A stretch of 63,165 bases of DNA, the filler included. It is 5 parts of 5 records of this genome, joined end to end, with 100 filler letters (N's around TTAATTAATTAA, not from the genome) between each part and the next. Parts side by side here need not be neighbours in the genome. Positions count along the whole stretch, not along the records: positions 19,837 to 36,203 come from SRR33789315_28; positions 36,304 to 53,963 come from SRR33789315_43; 3 more parts are not named here. The stretch is one strand, 5' to 3'. The notes beneath the pieces are model-generated. The model was given only the letters and a program-made list of their open reading frames with translations. It was not told where the DNA came from and searched no databases. Of the stretch, positions 28,214-36,304 are shown one piece after another (the first letter of the stretch is position 1; each line of letters opens with the position of its first letter). The translations under genes were made by a program, and so were the position numbers.

Positions 28214-28531
28214 ATGTGGGCAACATTAAAATCGTGGTGGCAAACGTCGATAGATTTTTCTTACCGCTTAATACTCACGGTCTTTGATTTTTTCAAAGAT
28301 TTTCTATTCTACGTTCTTGATACCTTAATGGCGATTGCCATTGGTTTTTTAGATTTGGTCGGCGGGGCATTTTCAAGCCTTAACCCTTTGCAATATGTCA
28401 GCGCGATACCGCCTGAGACACAAGGCATGATGCAAGCAACCGGCTTTAACGAGTGCATGAGCATTATCGTTGCGGCAATTGGTATCAGGTTTCTATTACA
28501 ACTCATTCCCTTTGTTCGCTGGGGGTCATAA
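28214..28531 (+). CDS. pVI-like minor coat protein (DUF2523-like)
   Basis: Hydrophobic 105 aa ending IRFLLQLIPFVRWGS; between pIII and zot. Confidence 0.85.
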   Translation: MWATLKSWWQTSIDFSYRLILTVFDFFKDFLFYVLDTLMAIAIGFLDLVGGAFSSLNPLQYVSAIPPETQGMMQATGFNECMSIIVAAIGIRFLLQLIPFVRWGS

Positions 28532-29748
28532 TGATAAACGGTATTGTCGGACGGCCAAGAACGGGTAAAAGCTACGAAGCAACCCGATATCATATTATTC
28601 CAACGGTGCTAAATGATAAGCGCCTTGTTGTGACCAACATCCCCATCAATAAGGAATACATCGCTAAAATTCACGGCCAAGAATACGCTGATCTCATTGT
28701 CGTTGTTGACGGTCAATTTAGTGAGTACGGTAAAATCAAACCCTTTGCTCACGAAAACGATTTTTTAAAGTACAAGGATTGGAAAAACGACAAAGGCCAA
28801 GGTGCCTTGTTTGTCACCGATGAAGTCCATTTAACCTGTGGAGCAAGAAGCGCCCGACCCGAACTATTAGAATATTATTCCTTACATGGTCACTATGGCC
28901 ATGACCACTTAATTCTCACTCAGAACGCTCGAAAAATTCATCGTGATTTAAAAGACATGACCGAAATTGTGTGGCGAACCACGAAGTTATCCGCTTTTGG
29001 AAAAGATGAAACGTACTTCCGCAACACGCATCACGGTTTTGACAACCTGAGGGAGTCTGTACACCGCTCTGAAAGGCAGTATGACCCTGAGTGGTATCCT
29101 TACTATAAGAGTCATACTTTGTCAGAAACGAGCGTCATTGAAGCGGTCAGCAAAGAAGTTAAAGCGGTCCTTAATCCTTACAAAAAAATATCCACTATTT
29201 TTATCGGGGCAGGACTTTTATTCATTACGTTTTTACTGGTACGTGTTTTTACCAAAGAGCTGCAACACATTGACCTGTCTCACCTTGAAAAAAATGTTCA
29301 GCAAGAAGACCAAGAGCAAACGTTAAAGTCTGACACGCTTACTTATGTAAAGCCGATTAAACCGCTATCTAATGAGCAATCTTCACTAGAAACAAGGGAT
29401 AAAAAAACAACTTCAGACGGTAAAACCTTAATCCTGAGCGCGAACGCCAAAGAGAAGCAACGCCTCAAGGAAAAAAGCCAAGAATATCACCCTTTTTATA
29501 AAGTGAAGCTTCACGTATCCGGTTACGGCTCCGATACTCGCACCAATCAAATGTATTACTTCTCGGCCAGCTCTAACGGTCAAGAGCTGTTTGAACTCTC
29601 ATTAAAGGATCTCATCTTAGCCGGTTACACCGTGCGCGTTCTGGGTGGCTGTGCTGTTGAGATTATGTATTTTGATTACCGTGATTTTATTACGTGTGAT
29701 GTTCCGACGATTAGTGTTTCTGCTCCTGCTTTAGCCAAGGTTGATTAA
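28531..29748 (+). CDS. zot: Zot / pI assembly ATPase
   Basis: MINGIVGRPRTGKS Walker A, VTNIP, DEVH, LTQ, single TM; TAATG coupling to pVI gives start 28531. Confidence 0.93.
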   Translation: MINGIVGRPRTGKSYEATRYHIIPTVLNDKRLVVTNIPINKEYIAKIHGQEYADLIVVVDGQFSEYGKIKPFAHENDFLKYKDWKNDKGQGALFVTDEVHLTCGARSARPELLEYYSLHGHYGHDHLILTQNARKIHRDLKDMTEIVWRTTKLSAFGKDETYFRNTHHGFDNLRESVHRSERQYDPEWYPYYKSHTLSETSVIEAVSKEVKAVLNPYKKISTIFIGAGLLFITFLLVRVFTKELQHIDLSHLEKNVQQEDQEQTLKSDTLTYVKPIKPLSNEQSSLETRDKKTTSDGKTLILSANAKEKQRLKEKSQEYHPFYKVKLHVSGYGSDTRTNQMYYFSASSNGQELFELSLKDLILAGYTVRVLGGCAVEIMYFDYRDFITCDVPTISVSAPALAKVD

Positions 29749-29812
29749 TTTAAATTTCGTCGGAAGGGGCCCCCGTTTCGTCGGGGAAGGACCCGACGAA
29801 ATTTAATCAACC
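29739..29812. repeat. Long inverted repeat after zot
   Basis: GGTTGATT[AATTT]AAATTTCGTCGG ... CCGACGAAATTTAATCAACC. Confidence 0.8.
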
Positions 29813-29872
29813 CTTTACTATGATTGCAAAATTCGTCCAGGCTCACGCGCCGGCAACAGCAAAATGCAATCA

Positions 29873-30124
29873 TTAATCAGGCTGCAGCAGCGTTGCCAGG
29901 ACAGAATCTGCCATCACTTTATCTCGGTACGCTTCTTTAATATTCCACAGCTCTTTTTCTAGTGTTGCAATGAAGGCGGTTTGTTCTTTTATCGTTTCGT
30001 GTTGCACAACGGCCAAGCCTGCACACCTTATCAACGTTTTAGACGCCGATTTCTCACTAAGCAAACGACTCGCTTTTTCAATAAGTTTATCGTCTTCTGG
30101 TGTCGTTCTGATGGTTAACGCCAT
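29873..30124 (-). CDS. Small hypothetical protein (possible ribbon-helix-helix plus coiled coil)
   Basis: MALTIR beta-strand start, helical rest; coupled to upstream ORF. Confidence 0.55.
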   Translation of the reverse strand: MALTIRTTPEDDKLIEKASRLLSEKSASKTLIRCAGLAVVQHETIKEQTAFIATLEKELWNIKEAYRDKVMADSVLATLLQPD

Positions 30125-30336
30125 TAGAAATCACTCTCTCTAAAAGTGACTTGCTGACTGTCACCATACACAACCGCATCAAATCGGTTTTTGCTCTGTG
30201 CTAGTTTCGCGAGTCTTCTTTTGATGATGACTTCAGTTTTATCAAAGGGTTTATCTAACGTGCTTCTGCTTTTTTTGCCTGTTGTGAAATTCGTAATAAT
30301 CAAAGTAACCATGCTGTTATCCCCAAAGTGAATCAT
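30124..30336 (-). CDS. Small basic hypothetical protein
   Basis: 70-aa ORF whose stop overlaps the next start; alternative start at 30312. Confidence 0.5.
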   Translation of the reverse strand: MIHFGDNSMVTLIITNFTTGKKSRSTLDKPFDKTEVIIKRRLAKLAQSKNRFDAVVYGDSQQVTFRESDF

Positions 30337-30546
30337 TCATTAAGTGTGGCGGCTGCTTGCCAGCCATTTGCCGCGCTTACTGAGTGATAACGAAGAGGAC
30401 TAAGACACAGAATCTTGTCAATGAAATAAATCGCCCGTAGGGTCGCAACGCGAGGGGGTCCCCTTTGGGGTTCCGATTTATGTAATTGATTAGATGATGG
30501 GGTGTGTCATTGGGGTTTACTGCCTTTCGCGGCGAGCGAACCCATG
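30334..30546. other. Highly structured GC-rich intergenic region (candidate single-strand origin / packaging signal)
   Basis: Hairpin 30334-30386; multibranch 30426-30481; hairpin about 30512-30546. Confidence 0.6.
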
Positions 30547-30634
30547 TGGGAGCATAACGCTTTAATACCTCAACTACAAAATGATGTCTTTTAAACTATA
30601 TTTATGTTGAAGCTTTTAAAATAAAAGGTGTTTT

Positions 30635-30853
30635 ATGGACAAGTACATTACAGGCAGTGACCTTACACTCATCAGAAAAGAAGCAAGGATGACAACCACA
30701 AAGACGGCAGAGTTTGCTGGCGTTAAAACACGAAAAACCTATGAAAATTGGCAAAGAGAAAATGGCGAACCGAATATCAATCAATTCATCTCTATCCTGA
30801 TAGGGTGTGGTAAAGACCCCTATGAGTACTTTAAATCCTTGAAGCTTGATTAA
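30635..30853 (+). CDS. XRE-family HTH protein
   Basis: LIRKEARMTTTKTAEFAGVKTRKTYENWQRENGEP; AAGGTG RBS. Confidence 0.8.
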   Translation: MDKYITGSDLTLIRKEARMTTTKTAEFAGVKTRKTYENWQRENGEPNINQFISILIGCGKDPYEYFKSLKLD

Positions 30854-31063
30854 TCGGCATCAAACTTACAAGGGTGTTTTCAATAGTTAGAGTTAGTCTG
30901 ACTAGGCACTATGTGCCAACACCAATCGTTCGGCTTATCTTCCTATGCATGATATCAACTTTGGTTTTATATTTTGAGTTTGTGGATAGGCTATTTGATT
31001 TCTTTCACTTTATGAGAGACTATTTGTACAAAATATAAACAAATAAAGTTTTGGAAAGGAATC

Positions 31064-32638
31064 ATGAAAATAAATCAGGAACAAAAAAATATTCTGCTTG
31101 ATTACTTCAGCGATGAGGAGCCATTTGGTCCTGTAAATGCTGCTGAGATAGAAGATCCTAAAGTCTTAGAACTAATATTTGAGCAACATAATAAGTTGTT
31201 TAAGGCACTCAAGAAACGCCCTACCATTGTTGTTGGCCGAAAAGGTGCTGGAAAAACCTCTTATTTGAATTCAGTATTTTTCGAGGGCGTATATGATTTC
31301 AAAGTCGAATTAGATACTGCGAAAGCTCTGACTTCTGTTATTGAAAGTATTGCATTATTCAAAGGTGGAGCAATTTTTGCTGAGTCTGTGGCTGAAATTT
31401 GGGAGAACGTTTTATTCACTGGTGCTTTTTCTGAACTGCGGAATCAACTCAAAAGTAATAGTAAAGCTAAAAAGCTAATTAACGATTATCTTGCAAAAAT
31501 TGGAATACGCGATGCGGGAACATTCGATGATGTTCTTTGGCACATGGCAGATATTTTCGCTGATAAGAGCAAGAACGGCAGTATCAATGTGATTGCAGAG
31601 GTGTTGAGAGCATTATCCAACAATGAGTTTAAGGATGTAAAGACTGAGCTTTGTAAAGAGCTTGCCCAGGAGAATAAGCGAGCAGTAATACTTCTGGATT
31701 CACTTGACAATTTTCAATTGGATATCAACGAAGTCGCGCGAGCAATTCAAGGGTTACTAAAACGAATAGGTGAGTCGAATAAGCCTTTAAATCGCATTGA
31801 TATAAGATTTTGCCTACCTGCTGAACTATTTCACGTTTTTGTTCCTTTATCTTCTAATCCTACAAAAGACTTTAAGAGAAAAATACTACTCCATTGGGTG
31901 GCTTCTGAACTGGTCATGCTTGCTGCACATCGCTTAAAAATTTACTCTCAACTTGACCTGGAAAAATTGCCAACCATTATTGATGATTTGGAAATATCAG
32001 ACAAAGAATCAGCCCAGACGATCATTAAAAGTATTCTTCCATCAAGCATAACTTGCAGGCTTGGTGTTCGAGAGGACTCTCTGGCTTACATATTAAGACA
32101 TACTCAGCTATTACCTCGTCATTTATTACTAATTCTAAATTCAATCTGTGATCAAAATAAAAAGCTGAATAATAGGGGTGAAACGTTTTCTGTTAGCGAG
32201 GATGCTGTAAAAAAAGGAGTAAGAGATATTGAAGATATGATTGTTCAGGAAATCTTTGGTGCATTTTCGGGACTATATCCACACGCAAAAGTTGTCTGTG
32301 AGGGATGTTTACCCGAATTGCACAGTAAATTCTCCCGCGGAGATCTAGAGAGAGTATTTAGGCGAAATGGTAAAAGATTATTTCAATCCGATGAGTTTGA
32401 TGATTTTCAACAGATGTTAATAGAAATTGGCTGTATTGGCAGAGTGTTAGATGATCAAGGCAAGTATATTCAAGGTCAATTTGAATATACCGTCCCATAT
32501 AAATTGGTCACTAGCTCTGATGACCTTTTGTGTATCCATCCTCTTTTTTGCGAATTGTTTAATGTAAAAATAAGAGAACAGAAACCAATCTATCCTTATG
32601 GGTCGAAAATTGAAGATAAGGATGTGCGAGAGTTATAA
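31064..32638 (+). CDS. Stand-alone P-loop ATPase (Sll1717-like), cargo
   Basis: VVGRKGAGKT Walker A, VILLDSLD Walker B, RHTQLLPRHLL, C-terminal IHPLF. Confidence 0.78.
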   Translation: MKINQEQKNILLDYFSDEEPFGPVNAAEIEDPKVLELIFEQHNKLFKALKKRPTIVVGRKGAGKTSYLNSVFFEGVYDFKVELDTAKALTSVIESIALFKGGAIFAESVAEIWENVLFTGAFSELRNQLKSNSKAKKLINDYLAKIGIRDAGTFDDVLWHMADIFADKSKNGSINVIAEVLRALSNNEFKDVKTELCKELAQENKRAVILLDSLDNFQLDINEVARAIQGLLKRIGESNKPLNRIDIRFCLPAELFHVFVPLSSNPTKDFKRKILLHWVASELVMLAAHRLKIYSQLDLEKLPTIIDDLEISDKESAQTIIKSILPSSITCRLGVREDSLAYILRHTQLLPRHLLLILNSICDQNKKLNNRGETFSVSEDAVKKGVRDIEDMIVQEIFGAFSGLYPHAKVVCEGCLPELHSKFSRGDLERVFRRNGKRLFQSDEFDDFQQMLIEIGCIGRVLDDQGKYIQGQFEYTVPYKLVTSSDDLLCIHPLFCELFNVKIREQKPIYPYGSKIEDKDVREL

Positions 32639-32791
32639 TTTTATTTTAACTATTGTAAATGCTTTAAACGAAATCAGCTCCAATTAACGATACATTTTCA
32701 ATGTTTACGTTAATTGTATGTCCCCTTCGCTCAAAGCCGCCTTTCGAAAAATTATCAAACAGACCAAAAGGCTAAAATCTTAGCGCTGACC

Positions 32792-32822
32792 GATACCCCC
32801 CATTACTAATAGGGGGGGTATC
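32792..32822 (+). other. Putative double-strand origin (Rep nick hairpin)
   Basis: Stem GATACCCCCC/GGGGGGTATC with loop ATTACTAATAG containing CTAATAG, as in pT181-family nick hairpins. Confidence 0.7.
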
Positions 32823-33295
32823 TTTTTCAAAAACTAACACTTTTTATTTGACACCGCTCAACTCTAACTTTCGTTAAACAAAAAGATTTAGTAATTTTCT
32901 GTTCGTCCACAACTATATATTGTTTCTGGTGCGTTATCTTATTGGGCCGCTGGTGTCGTACTAGATGAAAAAGAAGACTATTTATTTCTTTAATTAAACA
33001 AGCTTAATTTGGATAAGTTAGTTAGGAGTATTAAATTATGCCCAACACATCATTTTACCTCTACTGAACTAGGTACGATCCACGATGGCGGTTTAAATTA
33101 ATCAGTTCATGTCTCGTATTTTCTTATGAGAGCAAGAGCTAATACCAAAATCAAACTAATAAATCCATTTAAGCCATATCAAAAACTTTCTTTTGTTTTT
33201 ATTTGCTACAAATGATAGCTGTAAAGAAATTATTTTTTCAGGGCAAGTCGAGAACAGTGTAAAATAGAAAAACATTTAGTTTTGGGGTAACAAAT

Positions 33296-34819
33296 TTGTA
33301 TCAACAGTCATTAATTGAGGCAAGAAATTACACGCATAGTCTTCAGAATGCGTTTTTACTCAATAAACCTCTAGAAGAGAGAAAAACACTAGGGCAATTT
33401 TTCACAAGTCCTGTCGTTGCTGACTATATGGCTTCGATGCTACATAAGTCTGAAGTAACCAATATACGGATGCTAGATGCGGGTGCAGGAACAGGTATTT
33501 TGACTTCTGCTGCTGCTGTGAAATTATTAGAGTTAGGATTTGATGCGGTTCACGCCGTTTTGTATGAGCTTGATTCTTCAGTTATCACCCATCTTAATCA
33601 GACGATGAAGGTTATTGAGAATCTCTACCAGTCCAAGAAAAGTAAATTTACATTTGAAGTTAGGAACATTGATTTTGTTCTTGATCGACCAGACAAAACA
33701 GAATCTTATGATGTTGCGGTAATCAATCCACCTTACTTCAAATATAATGTTAAAACCTCACCTTATGCGAAAGCAGTTGGTGACTTGTATAGCGGTGATC
33801 CCAACATATATGCATCTTTTATGGCTATTGTTGCTTCCAGCCTCAGTAAAGGTGGTCAAATGGTGGCAATAACTCCGCGTAGTTTCACTAATGGACTTTA
33901 CTTCAAAAACTTCAGGGAATATTTGTTAAACGTCACATCAGTTGAATTAATTCATATATTTAAACACCGTGACCGCGTTTTTAAAAATGATGCTGATAAG
34001 GTTCTACAAGAAAATATTATTTGTAAGTTTGTGAAATCTGCGAATTATGAAAATGTTGAAGTTCGAACCAGTGATTGTGATTCAAGTCTAGAAAAATTAA
34101 AAACTCAAAACTATCCTGTTGAATTGATCGTAGATCCGTCTAATGACCTGAGGTTTATAAGGATCCCTGAATCACCTACAGAAGCAAACGTTTTAAAACA
34201 AGCTGAACAATTAGAATCAACATTTGCAGATTCAGGGTATTTCATTTCAACTGGTCCTGTGGTTGAACACCGTACACGAAACTTCATTGTTCCAGCCGAT
34301 AATCAAAACAACACTGTTCCACTTTATAGACCACACAATGTTACACCCTACGCGGCTCTGTGGACTGGCGAGAATAAAAAAGATGTTCGCTTTGAATTAC
34401 AAGAAAGACATGAAAAACACACCTTGAACAATAAAAACTATGTGCTTCTAAAGCGATTTTCATCCAAAGATGAAAAGCGCCGTTTAGTTTCTGGGGTATA
34501 TCTGGCAAAGTACTTTGATGACTTCGAATTTATTGGATTTGGAAACAAGGTCAATTACATTGGTGTGAATTTTGGGGAACTGACAAAAAAAGAAGCCTAT
34601 GGCTTGTGTGCTATTTTCAATGGTTCTTTCTTTGATCGTTACTTTAGGTGTATTTCTGGAAACACCCAAGTAAATGCAACCGAAATCAGAGCAATGCGAT
34701 TTCCAACCAGTGACCAAGTAAAAATGATAGGCGAAGAGGTTCTCAAGAGTAAAGCCTTTGATTCAGTGTACAACAATACTATTGTAAACAGAGTTTTAGA
34801 GATCAAAGAAATCTTTTAA
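33296..34819 (+). CDS. N6-adenine DNA methyltransferase, BsuBI/PstI-type
   Basis: [40 protein letters not shown]. Confidence 0.92.
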   Translation: MYQQSLIEARNYTHSLQNAFLLNKPLEERKTLGQFFTSPVVADYMASMLHKSEVTNIRMLDAGAGTGILTSAAAVKLLELGFDAVHAVLYELDSSVITHLNQTMKVIENLYQSKKSKFTFEVRNIDFVLDRPDKTESYDVAVINPPYFKYNVKTSPYAKAVGDLYSGDPNIYASFMAIVASSLSKGGQMVAITPRSFTNGLYFKNFREYLLNVTSVELIHIFKHRDRVFKNDADKVLQENIICKFVKSANYENVEVRTSDCDSSLEKLKTQNYPVELIVDPSNDLRFIRIPESPTEANVLKQAEQLESTFADSGYFISTGPVVEHRTRNFIVPADNQNNTVPLYRPHNVTPYAALWTGENKKDVRFELQERHEKHTLNNKNYVLLKRFSSKDEKRRLVSGVYLAKYFDDFEFIGFGNKVNYIGVNFGELTKKEAYGLCAIFNGSFFDRYFRCISGNTQVNATEIRAMRFPTSDQVKMIGEEVLKSKAFDSVYNNTIVNRVLEIKEIF

Positions 34820-34830
34820 GGAATAGAATA

Positions 34831-35814
34831 TTGGAATTTACAGAAGAACAACAAACTAAGCTTGAACAGGCAAAAAAAATACTGAAAGAACTTGGACTAC
34901 CTGCTGCACAGTACAACGACCGCTCAGCGTGGGTATTTTTAGCGCTTGCTAATGTAAAGCCTGATGAAACTTGGGCAATGGCTAGTGCACCGTTATTACC
35001 AACATATATGATTATGGACTTTATACGCAACCATTACGGTAAAGACTACAAACCCAATAGTAGAGAAACGGTAAGAAGGGAAACCCTTCACCAGTTTGAA
35101 CAGGCGAGAATAATTGACCGTAACCGCGACAATCCTACACGAGCTACTAACAGCAAAGACAATAATTATTCTTTGAATAATCCAATTATTGAAATACTGA
35201 AGACGTATCCTAACGGTGATTGGAAACAACGTATTAATTTGTTTAAACAAACTTTTCCTGAACTTCGAGCTCTATATGAACGTAATATTCAAAAACATCA
35301 AATCCCGATTACTTTACCCAATGGGGATGTCATAAAGTTATCACCCGGCAAACATAACCAACTTCACGCAGATATTGTTCATCACTTTTGTTCTCGTTTT
35401 ATTGGTGAAGGCGGACGTCTTCTATACATTGGTGACACAGCTAGTAGCCGCAAGGAAGGTGGTAAGCTTATGTATTTAGAGTCTGATTATTTAGAACACT
35501 TGGGTGTTCCGCCAATGTCACACGACAAACTGCCGGATGTTGTTGTTTATGATGAAAAACGGGAATGGTTATTTTTAATCGAAGCTGTTACTAGTCATGG
35601 ACCAGTGTCACCAAAGCGGTGGATTGAACTTGAACAGGCTTTTGTACAATGTAAAGTTGGCTTGGTTTACGTTACTGCTTTTCCGGACCGCGCGGAATTC
35701 CGAAAAAATGCGGCCGATATTGCATGGGAAACTGAAGTCTGGATAGCAGACAATCCTGATCATATGATTCATTTCAATGGCGACCGTTTTCTGGGGCCAC
35801 ATGAAAAAATTTAG
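34831..35814 (+). CDS. BsuBI/PstI family type II restriction endonuclease
   Basis: [22 protein letters not shown]...[28 protein letters not shown]. Confidence 0.92.
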   Translation: MEFTEEQQTKLEQAKKILKELGLPAAQYNDRSAWVFLALANVKPDETWAMASAPLLPTYMIMDFIRNHYGKDYKPNSRETVRRETLHQFEQARIIDRNRDNPTRATNSKDNNYSLNNPIIEILKTYPNGDWKQRINLFKQTFPELRALYERNIQKHQIPITLPNGDVIKLSPGKHNQLHADIVHHFCSRFIGEGGRLLYIGDTASSRKEGGKLMYLESDYLEHLGVPPMSHDKLPDVVVYDEKREWLFLIEAVTSHGPVSPKRWIELEQAFVQCKVGLVYVTAFPDRAEFRKNAADIAWETEVWIADNPDHMIHFNGDRFLGPHEKI

Positions 35815-36152
35815 CTAAAAAGTCGCTCATTTAAAGGAAGGTACTAGTCTTAATACATTTAAAAAAAAGATCCTAAGCTCCAATAAATTAAACTTTAATT
35901 TTTTACAAACTTAACAACCGTTCTCATTTTACCAAAAACGTTTGACAGCATTTTATTTACATTAATTTATACTTCTTCATATTCGTCTTTAAGCACTGAA
36001 CACCAAATTTGATCCAGTTGTACTTGTAGAGTAAGTGTTTTTCAATGCAGTGAGGACGTTATTTTTAAGTTCTTTCTTTTTTCATATCCTTAAATACAAA
36101 GTATTTTATTTTGTATAATTCTCAAATAAAGAAGTGATTAGCTTAAAAAAAG

Positions 36153-36203
36153 TGTGGTCAATTTGTGGGAGTGCAAAAATAAAAAAGCCCCTAACTTATT
36201 GAA
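36153..36203 (+). promoter_or_regulatory. Right att arm: integrase arm repeats and IHF-like site
   Basis: TGTGGTC (36153) and TGTGGGA (36164), same 11-bp spacing as left end; TAACTTATTGA (36192) is the reverse complement of left TCAATAAGTTA. Confidence 0.7.
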
Positions 36204-36303
36204 NNNNNNNNNNNNNNNNNNNNNNNNNNNNNNNNNNNNNNNNNNNNTTAATTAATTAANNNNNNNNNNNNNNNNNNNNNNNNNNNNNNNNNNNNNNNNN
36301 NNN
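36204..36303. other. Artificial contig linker
   Basis: Same N/TTAATTAATTAA/N pattern. Confidence 0.98.
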
Positions 36304-36304
36304 A

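Larger units (their letters stand above)
19847..36203. mobile_element. Integrated filamentous (Inovirus-type) prophage with P2-like integration module and cargo
   Basis: tmRNA-end att at left, matching arm/IHF sites at both contig ends, int-repressor-cox, Rep_trans, pV, coat, pIII, pVI, Zot. Confidence 0.9.

Noticed and set aside
28453-28530. Extended Zot N-terminus
   Set aside because: Overlaps pVI; TAATG coupling and Walker A position favour start 28531
28531-29748. Zot as an enterotoxin
   Set aside because: Context and motifs support only the phage assembly ATPase role
35960-36090. Small minus-strand ORF with AGGA RBS near the right end
   Set aside because: Frame from ATG 36085 stops after six codons (MKKERT); other frames lack a start
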